A stretch of DNA of 64,000 nucleotides from Octopus bimaculoides (taxonomy: Eukaryota). Shown here piece by piece: positions 1 through 12,592 of the stretch. The stretch's first letter is position 1. Each line of letters opens with the position of its first letter. The DNA is taken from contig NC_068989.1 of assembly GCF_001194135.2 (NCBI RefSeq), positions 43,663,697 through 43,727,696 on the forward strand, read 5' to 3'. The position numbers and the translations under genes were made by a program. The notes beneath the pieces are model-generated. The model saw nothing but the letters and a program-made list of their open reading frames with translations. It had not been told where the DNA came from and did not search any database.

Positions 1-407
1 TCTTAAGGCATGGGCATATTAGGGTGTTGTCTGGGGCCTCACAGAAGAAATGCCACCAAACATTTTGTCCAATATGCTAAAGTTCCTACCAGCTTGCTGC
101 CTTGTCATCATTGGCAGCAATGACAATAACGACAATTTCTAACATAGACACAAGGCAATAAAAATTTGTTGAAGGATGTAGTAAATTAAATTGACCCCAG
201 TACTTCACTGGCACTTATTTTATAAACCCTAGACAAATGAAAGACAAAGTTGATTATGGTAGAATTTGAACTTCATATGCAAAGGAACCGAAAATATAAA
301 TGCAATATTTTGCCCAAGAACTCTACCAATCATTCTCCCTTGATAACAACAGGAACAAAAATTTTGCCAATGTATGACTTGAAATAAGTGAAATAAAGCT
401 TACTTAC

Positions 408-593
408 CACTTTCAATAGAATAACATGCTCTTGGAATGTTCCAACAAGGCCGAGAATGGCATTGATGAAGATAATGAGACCAACAGAAAGCAGCAAGGC
501 TACAGGTAGGGACATGAGGTTATTAAGGGCACCATACTTCCGACGTTCCACCTCAGCCCAAACACCGATGATCAACAATGTAATTCCAACAAA
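408..593 (-). CDS. TSPAN15: Internal exon of a tetraspanin (end of TM1, small extracellular loop, TM2), TSPAN15/TspanC8-like
   Basis: 186 nt, phase 0/0. Acceptor ttttcttttctttttaaatcttccag and donor GTG|gtaagtaag. Translates to FVGITLLIIGVWAEVERRKYGALNNLMSLPVALLLSVGLIIFINAILGLVGTFQEHVILLKV. The AEVERRKY motif, exon length and boundaries match my recollection of vertebrate TSPAN15 exon 2 (AEVERQKY). Tetraspanin identity is strong; exact orthology is less certain. Confidence 0.8.
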
Positions 594-900
594 CTGGAAG
601 ATTTAAAAAGAAAAGAAAACAATAAATAAATAAATATATAAATTCAAAAAACTTTATTAAAAAAATATGTATACCATACAGGGTGCATTTATTTATAAAA
701 AAAAAACAATAAAAACAGACAGTGTCCCAGAAAAATCAACAAAAGTCAGGGCTAAGATTACTGGCAAAGCAAAGGTTCTAGAAAGAGCCTGCCAAAAAAG
801 TTCAGAAACATTTGATCATTATAAACAAATCATGTATACAAGTTGTTCAGCAAGGAATTGTTGACCACTCATATGTCATTTACAACAGGAGTGTCAGCCA

Positions 901-941
<41 letters not shown>

Positions 942-1029
942 TGCGCGCATGTGTATTGATGTAGAACGAAGTGCTGAAAAAAGATCACAAAAAGGATGAC
1001 AGGGGACTGAAACTCCTGGCAGTTTGCTA

Positions 1030-1340
1030 TGCTTGAAAAGACACGTCAAGCTAAGTAAAAACGCAGTTGCCTTGCAACCCCAACCAGCTGAGCATCCCTA
1101 ATCTTGCAGACTCATAAGTGCTGGTGCCACATAAAAAGCATTTGTACTGGTGCTGCATAAAGGCACCCACTACACTCTGTAAAGTGGTTGGTGCTAGAAA
1201 GGGCATACAACCATAGAAACCATGCCAAAACAGACATGGAACCTGAGCAGCCTTTCAGGTGGTCAGCTCCTGTTAAACCGGCCTACTTATGCCAGCATGG
1301 AAAACAGATGCTTATTGATGATGATGATGATGATGATGAT
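1030..1340 (+). mobile_element. Dispersed repeat, 3' end of an RTE-like LINE/SINE family with (GAT)n tail
   Basis: Ends in ...ccagcatggaaaacagatg...gatgatgat. Related copies occur in this window at about 9085-9300, 22940-23250, 41325-41915 and 56455-56680. Confidence 0.7.
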
Positions 1341-1490
1341 ATATATCTTCAACTAGAGGTTAAATTCGCCTCATTAAGGGATGGTATTATCCAATGTATT
1401 ACTGGTTCAATACCTAATATTTGTTGTGAATAATAATATTCATAAAACAATAGATTTATAAATAGATCATGGTTTATAATCATTCAAAAG

Positions 1491-1803
1491 AAAGTAAGAA
1501 AATGGAGATACAGCATTTAATAGAAATTTATCATTTGCAAAAATCAAAGATAGTCCCTTACAACTGTTTCAATTTAGTTTAAAAGATTAAATAGTAATTA
1601 TCAAAATCATAATATTAGGCAACACATTAAAAACCTAATGATATATCCTTTTTCTACCCCTTTGAAGAGATTTTGCCTAATATAATGATTTTAATAATTA
1701 TTATTTAATTTTTAGGCTGAATTGAAACAGCTGTAAGGGACTATGTTTGATTTTTGCAGATAGCAAATTTTTATTAAATGCGATATCTCCATTTTCTTAC
1801 TTT
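1491..1803. mobile_element. Inverted-repeat (foldback) element, arms about 130 bp, probably Penelope-LTR derived
   Basis: 1491-1622 is the reverse complement of 1672-1803 (aaagtaagaaaatggagata... vs ...tatctccattttcttacttt). It contains a hammerhead-like motif. Confidence 0.75.
1658..1739 (+). ncRNA. Degenerate minimal type I hammerhead ribozyme relic
   Basis: Order is CCCT (stem I), TTGAAGA (core, C3 to T), GATTTTGCCTAA...TTAGGCTGAATT (stem II), GAAA, CAGCTG (stem III), TA (GUA site), AGGG (stem I). Confidence 0.6.
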
Positions 1804-2590
1804 ATTCACATACACACACACACACACATACAAAATGCAATATACATATAATGCAGATGATGATGATGATGATGATATATATATATAATGCAATATTGCA
1901 TTATTTATATGCATATCATATAAGTATATATATGCATATTATATAAGTATATACAAGCATATTATATAAGCATATGTATACACATGAAATTCTGATGATT
2001 TTGGGTCGATAACTGATGAGGGGAGAGCATATCTATGTTCGTTGCGTATTTTTTCTTGCTTTCCATATGCTCTTTCATCATTTTTCCTTGCAATTTTTTT
2101 AATGCGTGTGTGTGTATACCCGTGTTAATATACAGACTTTTTCACAAAGGCACAATTAGATATGAAAAAGAAACCTAAGTCTTTGTTTGCTTGATAAAAT
2201 CAGTGCAGTTTAGTTACTTTTTTGCTCTTTTCATCTTCATTTGTTTGATAAAGTTATTTATTAGACTAGATTCTGCTTCAACGAATTTCATGTGAGCCGT
2301 GCAAGCATGGAAAAGTGGATGAAAAAGTGATGACGATAACAACAACGATGATGATGGTAGTGGTGGGGCTGGTGTTAGTCGGTAGCACCGATTCCAGTAC
2401 TTGACTAGTACTTTATTTTATTGGCTCCAAAAGGATGAAAGGCAAAGTTTGATCTTGGCAAGATTTAGGCTCAAAATGTAAAAAGCCAGAACAAATAACC
2501 TAAGGCATTTTTTATGATCCTCTAATGATTCTGCCAGCTTGCCACCCTAAAAATAATAGTAACAATAATAACAACAACAACATTAATTAA

Positions 2591-3036
2591 TTCTTTTATT
2601 AGCCACAAGGGCTCAGTACAAAACATTAACTGAAATACAACAACATAAAAGACAAAAACAGGACAACACAATGGGTTTTGTGTGTACACAATATAAATAA
2701 CAGTTAAAAATTAAACAAACTCCCAATAGGGGAGGCACTTTAAGGTCCTTGTGGAAAAACCCACAAAAGCCATGGGTGCCTGAACAACAGGGCAAGAGCG
2801 CTTCTTTTTTTTTACAGGTGCACGCTCAGAATTGGTCCTTTCACACTGGCCATTCTTCCAACATTCACCCACCTTTCAACAAACTTGCTATAAGGCAACA
2901 TTTCCGTCTCCACCCACAACTTCCTTTTCAAGTGAAACTTGAAAAAGTTGATGAGGGCTTGGCCAAAGAGGAAAGTGTCTGTTTTTAGCCCTTTCAAATG
3001 GGTCCACCATACTACCTCTTTCGCTACAACCATTAG
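2591..3036 (-). mobile_element. 5'-truncated L1/Tx1-like LINE, ORF2 C-terminus plus 3' UTR
   Basis: ORF 2812-3033 (VVAKEVVWWTHLKGLKTDTFLFGQALINFFKFHLKRKLWVE...ERW) resembles Tx1-type C-termini. The 3' end reads ccttgtggctaataaaagaatt. Confidence 0.6.
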
Positions 3037-3952
3037 ACAAATAATAATAATAATAATAATAATACATGCGCTGCTCTCTTATTCAATAACAATAATTCTT
3101 TCTAATTTTGTCACAGGGCCTGCAATTTCAGGAAGGGTTAAGTTGATTACATTGACCCCAGTACTCAACAGGTGTTGATTTCATCAACCCCTAAAAGGAT
3201 GAAAGCAAAGTCCACATTGGTGGCATTAGTCAAATTTGAACAGAAAGCTAGGAGAAATGCTGTTGTGCATTTTGTCTGGCATGCTAATGATTCTGCCAGT
3301 TCATTGCCTTAACAACAGCAGCAACAACAACAAAAACAAGACGACGACGACAACAAACAATAGTAATTGTTTCTAACTTGGTAGGAGAGGGGAGCAGTGA
3401 ATAATATCAACCCCCATGTTTGACTCTTTCTATATTTTATCAATCCCCAAAAGGTTGAAATGTAAAGTTGAATTTGGTTGGGCTTGAACTCAGCATATAA
3501 AGAGAGTTAGAACAAATATAAAAATCGTATTTTGTTTTTCAATGCTCTAACCATTCTGCTAATCTACTCCTGTTGTAAAAGTAATAATGACAATTTATAA
3601 TGTCACACAGATTTTACATCAGCTTTCTAGAATAATCTCATGGGACACATGAATACTAAAGAGTACTAGAAAAGCATAATAATAAAATTCTAATTAGTCA
3701 ACTAGTATCTACACATTTCTTCATTTCCAGTAATGCCAAAAATTTCGCAAGACTTAGAAATCTAAGAAAGTGAATTTAGATCTTCAATTTCAGGATTCAA
3801 AAAAGCAAAATCAAATCAATGAATTCTAATAGATGAATACAACCCAAATTTTAAAGTCCAAATCCAGAATGTCTTCAACATAATTTCTTAAAGTCTTTAT
3901 TGTTGCTTACCAATTCAGATCAATGGAATATCTTACATTAATGTTTTAGCAT

Positions 3953-4180
3953 TTAACCCTTTAGTATTTAAACTGGCCATACCCAGCCCAAATATTCTGC
4001 TTGTTTTATGTTGAAACCGGCCAGATTCCACCTTTTGCAGCTACCCCATAATGTCACTCTAAAAATAAACAATCACACTGTTAAAATCTTGAAGCTACGA
4101 AATAATGCATGATTAATTCAAAACAATGTGAATGAATAAGCATTACATTTCATAGAGTAATTTGAATGCTAAAGAGTTAA
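3953..4180. mobile_element. TTAA-flanked MITE (piggyBac-like termini) inserted into an older copy of itself
   Basis: TTAA-CCCTTTAG...CTAAAGAG-TTAA. The flanks (ttttagcat | accagccatatctgg...tccagcctct) rejoin to give the element's own 5' sequence. Confidence 0.65.
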
Positions 4181-5328
4181 ACCAGCCATATCTGGCTGTT
4201 TTATGTTCAAACTGGCCAAATCCAGCCTCTCTGCGATATAGTTCTTTCTAACTTTGTTTTAAACATTACTGCAACTACTTTTCAATTGTAACTAGGGTTG
4301 AATGATTCTGTAAATTTGCATATTTACAGAAAAAATATGCCACAACAACCAGATAGTCTTCTATAATAAATTATAAAACTTTGAAACCAGAATGATAAAT
4401 CAACTTTTAACCTGACTGAAGCAAATATAACAATGCCTATAATCATTATCATCATTTTACATCCACTTTCCATACTGGCATGGAGTGGACCAGCATGGTA
4501 TGAATCAATTTTGCTAATAGTTACTGCCCTCCTAGATGTGGCCGAGAGACCACACCTCACCAACTAATTTAAAGAATGTACTGGGTGCATCGTTCTGTGG
4601 TATCAGTATATAGAAGTTGTCATGTATTCAACTTATCCACTGGATGCACTTCAATATGCCATTAGCACTTTATGATGTTGTTTTGTACTAAGAGCTTCAC
4701 TGCTCTTTATTGGCTACATTGTCATTTGTATCTACTAATAAATTGTATATAGCTCTTTAATAACTCTGTTATTATGTATATAATTCTTATAACAACTCCT
4801 AGAATATTGTCTGAATTCACTTTCTATGTTTATAGATCACTACTGTACAATGCAGCATCAAATGAAATGAAATTTGGAACCCGAGTTTGTTTTCAGTTAG
4901 AACCTCTTCCCTTCAGGTTTCAGATGTTCTTGGGAAAGATCAGGAAGTACTTCCATTTTTTGACCAGAAAAAAAAATTGATATTTTATATTAATAAACAG
5001 TCATCTGTGCAGTTGTTAATGGTTGGTGTTTAGCTGTAGGTCAGCCCTGATCAAAAGCATTTACAACCGAAGACATTCTAACCATGAACATCCTGTCTTT
5101 TCAGACATAGTTTATCTCAGAATACATTATCTGGTAGGCCTTCCTTCTCTTTAAGGATAATAGAATGTAATTTGTGAGAGATTTAGTTGCTATATCTATC
5201 AGGCTAAGCTACCAGGTAGATGTTCATGGTTTGGTTACATTGCTATCAAAATCATTCAGAAAGAATATTTGATTAAAAAAACAACAATCTATTTATAGTC
5301 TCAAGCTATACATAACTATTTTGAATAA

Positions 5329-5409
5329 TACAAGGAGTCCATAAATTACTTTTGCGATTTGAAGACTGGAAGTGTGGAAGCTGTAAAGATAATTTATGGA
5401 CACCCAGTA
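5329..5409. mobile_element. About 80-bp Tc1/mariner-type MITE with TA target duplication
   Basis: TA-caaggagtccataaattacttt ... aaagataatttatggacacccag-TA, imperfect TIRs of about 22 bp. Confidence 0.65.
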
Positions 5410-5954
5410 TTTCAGTAGCATTTCTAATAAAATTCAGTACAACATATTTCAATTACTTTTTTTCCTGGATAATCAAGAATTTGGAGGGATTTAGTAAAAT
5501 AATTCTGCATTATTAATCCAGTGTTTCAAACTTAACAGAAGGTTCTTACCAAATAAAAAAAGATGAAAAGTTGTAATCCGAATATGAGTGCTTTAAAATT
5601 ATAGGTTTTGTATAAGAGAACCAGAATTTCAGGCAAGTTGTTGATAAAATGGGAGAAAAAAAAATCGACAAAAGTGTATAGAATGTAATGTGGATGGAAC
5701 TCATAGATGCTTAGAAATCCAATTTACTCATGCAATCTATTCTCAGTTTCCAAATAGGGTTATAATGCAAAGTCAAACCCCCACCCTTGTTCATCCTATC
5801 CTAAGATGCAGATGTTCTCTTGTGAGAATAGAAGGTAACAGGAGTAGAAAAAGAGAAATACCAAATGATTGAAGAATTAGAGAAGGAAATAATTGCACAG
5901 TAGAGGAAAAATCCACAGCAGAACAACTTTATTATATAAAGAAACCAACACAGT

Positions 5955-6002
<48 letters not shown>

Positions 6003-6547
6003 TGATCTGCTCCACAAGGCACACACAGACACATTTTAAACATGAAACACATGCATCAATAATTTAAATTAGATTCCAGTAAATGATGTAGTAATAAGCA
6101 CTGGAATCTTGACAAGGTATTAAAAACAAAAACAAAAGGGAAAGAAAGAAAGAAAGGAAGAAAAAAAATTTAAGTCTCTGACCACCACCCAGCTAAATTA
6201 CAACAAAGATGGGCAACACGAATATCCACAGAGGTCCTTGGCCTCATGCCACTTGATAAGTGGCCTGCAAACATGATTGAAGCTGACTTGTCTTTAGCAG
6301 ACAAATATTGTATGTGAACATATTTGTTAAGTTTAGTAACAGAAACTGAAGTGCTCTCATTACTCCAAATGAATTTATCATCATCACCGTCGTTGTTGTC
6401 ATCATCATATTGCATATAAGTGATGGAATATGTGCGTGTGTGTGTATGTGGATAAATATATTTACATACATACATATATATATGTACGTAGATATGTGTG
6501 TGTGTGTGTATGTGCACGTGTGTATGTATATATATATATATATATAT

Positions 6548-6746
6548 NNNNNNNNNNNNNNNNNNNNNNNNNNNNNNNNNNNNNNNNNNNNNNNNNNNNN
6601 NNNNNNNNNNNNNNNNNNNNNNNNNNNNNNNNNNNNNNNNNNNNNNNNNNNNNNNNNNNNNNNNNNNNNNNNNNNNNNNNNNNNNNNNNNNNNNNNNNNN
6701 NNNNNNNNNNNNNNNNNNNNNNNNNNNNNNNNNNNNNNNNNNNNNN
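6548..6746. other. Assembly gap (N run); other gaps at 32895-33115, 34592-34691, 38085-38152, 39399-39408, 46908-47409, 52688-53610, 61592-62041
   Basis: N runs are read directly. Most abut (TA)n, (GT)n, (AG)n or poly-T tracts. Confidence 0.98.
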
Positions 6747-7769
6747 ATAGTCGGACATATAATTTTGTATGATTGATTATTTTTTTGATTTTTTTTTTCT
6801 TCTCTGGGATGAAACTCATTCACACGGATATATTCTGGCAACAAGCAACAGCTTTGAAAATATAATGAATGGATGAAGGGTGGCATATAGAGTTGGACTG
6901 TATAACAAAAGGTTATTGACAGAAGAAATGAACAGGAGGACGGAGGTGAATGACAATGGTGATGGATGAAGTGTAAATGGCTAGGACTAATAATGACTAT
7001 GGTGGCAGTAAGGAAACAAGAGTGTGGTAATATGAAGAATGGATGAAGAGCTGGTAGGACCACATCAAAATGAAGTGGAAAGGAAGGCGGACTGTAGCAA
7101 ACTGCTCTTGTTATTTCCTGATACAATAAATTATTTATGGGATGATTATTTATATATTTTCATTAGTATATGTTAATATTACTTCAGCTATCAACCATCA
7201 GAATAAAATTGATAACTTCTTTATTATTTTACTTGAGACTGGAGGATAATATTTAATGATCGTAATAAAATATATGTAATACGTGTGTGAGTGTGTAAAT
7301 GTTGACTGTAAAAGAATATAATATGAAATGAGACATGCACTTTGCAGCTACACACTTTCAGGTTCAGTCCTACAGCACAGCACCTTGGGTAAGTGCCTCA
7401 TATAGCCCTGGCCCGACCAATGCTTTGGGAGTGAATTTGGTAGAAGTAAACTGTATAAAGTCCATTGCAAATACAAGTGTGCATGCACGTGCACATTGTG
7501 TGTGTGCATGCATGTGCATTTGTGAATATTGAGATCACTGTCCTACAGACAGTGTTGTCTATTATTGTTTCTCCATCACCAAACTGTCAGTAGTTCTTCA
7601 ATTTTGATGACAAGTAGAATGAAAAACTTCCTTACTTGAAAAACAGGAAGGGTGCTTGGCTATAAAACAATGCCTCGAAAATGTTTCACCTAATCCACAA
7701 TACCATGAGAAAAATGGACATAAAATGAATGCTGACAAGTAATGATAGGATAAATTATGTATTATATAT

Positions 7770-8000
7770 ATAGGCACAGGTGTGACTGTGGATAAGAAGT
7801 GCATTTTGCAACCACCTAGTTGCGGGTTTGGTTCCTCCATGTGGTACCATTGGACAAGAGTTTCCACCAAAACTTTGTGAGTGGATTTGGCAGACAAAAC
7901 TGAAAGAAATCTCTGTGTGTGTGTGTGTATGTGTGCGTGCATGCACGCTATTGGTTGTGTTTGATACCTATCACTGCTTGACAACTTGTGTTGGTTTTTT
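7770..8000 (+). mobile_element. tRNA-headed SINE, family A, partial copy
   Basis: ggcacaggtgtgactgtggataagaag...gggtttggttcc...gtgagtggatttggcagac. The same family recurs at least 15 times in the window. Confidence 0.75.
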
Positions 8001-10924
8001 ATAGAACTACAGCAACAAAATCCAAAAGCAAGGGAGACAACTGTAATAATACACGCTGCTGAGATACAATCGAACAAGAATGACTGCATAAATATTTTAT
8101 GTAGAAGACAACCTAAAAAAAATTACAAAATATCAATCTCTCATGAAAGTCAATTCCTGAATATTAGATAATTTTTTTTTTTTTTCAAACCATAGCAAAC
8201 TAGCATATCTTATTGCTTTTTAATGAACTGACTGGATGAGACAGACTTCCTCTTGTATTCTCATTTCTTTTAGTCATCCTCATTATCATCATCATCATCA
8301 TCATTTTTAACATCCAGTTTTCTATGCTTGCAAGAGTCTGTCAGATGATATTCACTGAAGCAAATTTTCTACAGGTGGATGCTTTTCCTTGTTACTGATC
8401 TTCACCTGTTTCCAAGCAAGGTAATAAATCTCCTAAAGCTTTGAACATAAACAGACTCATTACTATGATGATGATGATGTTTGAAAACAATTAACACACA
8501 CATATGTATATGTGTACATATGTATATAATAATATTTGTTTTTATGTAAAGTTACACCTAAAAACAATTTAATAGTAAACTGAAGGTTCAAATTCTGCCG
8601 AGGTCAACTTTGCCTTTCATCCTTTTGAGATTAATAGATAAGTACCAGTTGAGCATTTTGGCAAAACAGACTAATAGAATAAGTGTCAACCTTAAAAAAT
8701 AAGTACTGGGGTCAATTTGTTTGACTAAAGCCTAAACCCTTCGAAGTGGTGCCTCAGCATGACCACAGTCCAATGACAAGAAACAAGTGAAAGACAAAAT
8801 AATGAAGAATTTAGTTGAAAACAACTTTATCATTATTAAGTTGGTGTTTGGTAACATAAACTAGCATGGAATTTTAAAGGAAGGCTTTAATTTAAATCAC
8901 TTTGGAACAAGAAGTTTATATCACAGAACTAAGAAGTGGTCTTGGGCAGAGTAGTATCAAAGAGTTGAATTTGGAGGTGTTTGTTTTGTTATCCAGTCTA
9001 TCAGCACTGAACTAATGGTGTCACTCATATGCCAAATGTCCCAAAGATCATTTATTATACACCAAACTGAAATCAATATCATTATCATCATAAACATTTA
9101 ACATCCGTTTCCCATGCTGGCACGAGTTGGACGCCTTGACAGGAACTGGCAAGGCCAGGGACCGCATCAGGTTGCATGGTCTGTTTTGGCTTGGTTTCTA
9201 CAGCTGGATACCCTTCCTAACACCAACCACTCCTGAGTGTACTGGATGCTTTTTTTATGCGGCACCATCACCAGTGCTTTTTATGTGGCATCTTGGTTTC
9301 AGGATCTCAATTCTATTTGTAGTGGGGTGGGTCTCCTTGAGTACAGCAATGCACCCGACACCAAACAGAAAATGTGGTAATATTATTTATTTGTTGAGTT
9401 ACCATCATTTTAAACCTTTTCCTGGCAATCTGCCATAAGTAGAAGGACTCATTTTTGGATTTACCTGCCAACTCCCACTTAATTCTTCTAGTTATAATGA
9501 TAATAATAACTATTATTATTACTATTATTATTATTATTATCATAATCATCATTATTACTGTCATTATCATTTTCGTTGTTGTATACGAGTGAGTCATATC
9601 TGATAACAGGTTGCAAAATTGTTCACCCATCTACTGACTATCAAGAAAAACTGTACAGGAGAGAAATTTTGCACATTATATAGCTAAATATACAACATCT
9701 TGTCAGTGCAGCAGGGTGACGTATCAGGTGTAATGTTTCGTTTGGTTTTTAATTGCATTGATGAAATAAATGAGCGAATGCTGAGTCATAAAAGGCAACA
9801 CCTCGTTAACGAAAAGCAGTTTGTGTAAAGCAATATTTCAAGTTGCTGCCTGCTGTATGTATTTCATTGACATTCACAAGTATAGTTATTTGTTGTTCAC
9901 TCGTATACATTATGCTTGTTCATTGTTGTATATTTTAATTGTTGTTGACTGCTATTTATTTTAATTGTTGTTCAATAGGGTCTCTATCAATCAATGTTGG
10001 CCATACATCTACACAGTTAGGTGCAGGCCTAGGCAAGACTTTTTGAGGAAGACTAGCAGTTGCTTATGCTTGCAAATCTCTCCCTGTGACTGGAATGTGA
10101 CGACTGGGCATGGCTTTTTGGTATGACTGACTGGACATTGAACCTGTTTTGGCAACTGTAATTTTTGGCACTGGAGGCAAACACACACAGGTGGAGAGAG
10201 AAAGAGGGAGAAAGAGGAAGAGAAGGAGACTATTTGATTATCATAAAAAAACTTTCCCTCTCCTCATACATAAAAAGCTAAATATGCTCACACATATAAA
10301 CAAAGAGAGAGAGGGGGAGAGAGAGAAGAGAGAGAGAGAGAGAAGGGTAACAATAAAAGGTATTAAATGAGTCCCCTCAGATTTGTAACATTCAGGATCA
10401 TTTAAAACATCTCAATATTTCTCTTTCTTTCTCTCTCTCTCTCTCTCTCTCCATAATTTTTTTGCTCACAGTGCCAAAGTTTAAATTCATTGTCAGTTCT
10501 ACTTTGTCAAAGATGTTTAGAAATCCATTGTGAGAAAATTTTCTCTTTTCCACATTTCTTCAATATTTCACCAGCCATCATATTCCCAAAGTGAAGAAGA
10601 AAGCTAAACTAAGTTTAGTAATTGTGATTTAAAAGTTTGTTGTCAACTAGAATTAAAACAAAATTTTCACAGTGCCAACAGGACCTGGGGACAAAACGTA
10701 TGACGTCAAATAAGTCAGTATCATATCAGCAATGCCAAACAGATGGCGCTGCCAAAAGAGCTGAGCCAAAACGTACCACACCCCTCCATGACACTGATGT
10801 TTATCCAGTCTTGGGCCAATACAGCTTGGAATCAGTGTCATTGCAAGCACTACTGTCAGAATACAAAGAGCCAGGACAGACACCACAAGACATCTTCTGC
10901 AACCCTCCAACAGTTTTGCTAACT

Positions 10925-11310
10925 CATATTGTTCACTACTATGTATTTCAAGTTGTTCACTAATATACTTTATGTTTGTTCACTGATATACAGTTGCTAT
11001 CTGCTATATATTTCAAGTTGCTTTTTGCTATATTGTATTTTTGTTCACAAATATTTTTCATTCTTGTTTACTGGTGTACGTTGTATATATTGTGTTCGCT
11101 GCTACATTTTATAGTCATCTGTTAATGTATTTTATTGTTGTTCACTACCACATTGTATTTTTGTTCACTAGTATATTTTGTCGCTCACTGGCAAATATTT
11201 CAAGTTGTTCACTGATATACTGCATTTTTATTCACTGGTATATTTCTAGTTGTTCACTGGTATATATATATATATATATTTTATATTTGTTCATTGCTAT
11301 ATTTCATAGC
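10925..11310. repeat. Degenerate tandem array of a unit of about 20-25 bp (core ttgttcactg/atatttcaag); sister array at about 9830-9975
   Basis: The motif ttgttcac recurs more than ten times at irregular short spacing. Confidence 0.65.
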
Positions 11311-12192
11311 TGCAGTCAAAGGAATTATAAATGTCATCATGAACAACAAGCCAGAAGCTTTCTTTGGGAAGAAAGCAAAAAAATTATAAGTAACACACTC
11401 CAACATATTTATTGAAAATAGTCGATACTCAGGGAAAATAGAACATTTACCATCTTTAACAGACATTTTTTTCCTTTTCTCAAATATTTCAATAGTTTGA
11501 AGTAAATTGAAAAATATTTTCAAGATGAACTTAACATAAAGAAAACCCCCACTCTAGACATGGATCAATTATATTTGTTCCGTGCTGAGATCACATCAAA
11601 GTAATATCTTATTAAAGGGAAATTAAAAAAAAAAAAATTGTCTGCAGATGAAATTAACTTAGCACAGCTGGTTTATTATTTTCAAGTTGTTACCAAGAAG
11701 TACACATATCTTTGATAAATGCAAGAATTCATAGTCGGTAGAACAAAAACCTTATCACTACTTTTAAGAGAAATTCCTTAAATCAAACTGTAAGTTATTT
11801 TATATTTCCAGTGAACAGTTTCTGTAAGATAATGAAATTGCTGTTTATGCTTGGAGCTATTTTCACAGAAGTACTGAGGTCATCACAAGCAAAATAATCT
11901 ACATTGATTGAAAGACTCAAGGAAAAATTTCTTTTTTTTTTTTTGTATAAATGAATAAATGAGATGAAAGCCTAAAGCTGATTCATCTACCACTGACAAC
12001 GTATGCTGGGATGTAGGTAGATATGATCCCATGCAAAAAAAAAAAAAGAAAACCATAGGATGCAGCAAATAAGATATATAAATTCTTTGAACCAAATATT
12101 TTATTATATGTGATTGTTTCTGCTACCTAGGTGATCTAATTAGCATCAATAAAGAAGCAACAATAAAGTAATACAAAAGTAGAAGGAGAAGG

Positions 12193-12236
<44 letters not shown>

Positions 12237-12592
12237 GGGAGAGAGGGGGGAGTGAAGGAAGCTCAGGGAACTGTTGTCTCTGTTAGCAACAGAAGGTTTT
12301 TCTTCTACGTTCAATTGATCCATTGGATGTGTAATGTTAAACAGCATGAAAGGCAGAGTACAAGTGAGCTGAGAAAGCAGCTGGTCGTTAAAGGCATCAG
12401 TTGATGTGTAACAGCAGAGATGACTGAACTAATGTGAACATATCATTCGGATGGACAATGAGTAGTACTAGTAGTAGTAATAGTTGAAGTAAAAATCTGT
12501 GTATTGATGATAGAAGGTATCTGTAACAAGAGTTTGATGAAGGGTGAAAAGAAGGTAGGAAGAGGAAGATCAAGGAAAAGAGGAAGGTACTT

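Noticed and set aside
3911-5700. Minus-strand donor-like sites (exon ends at 3911, 4561, 5550) as tetraspanin exon 1
   Set aside because: Phase-0 frames at 3911 and 4561 hit stops within a few codons. The 5550 frame has no ATG and no tetraspanin N-terminal character.
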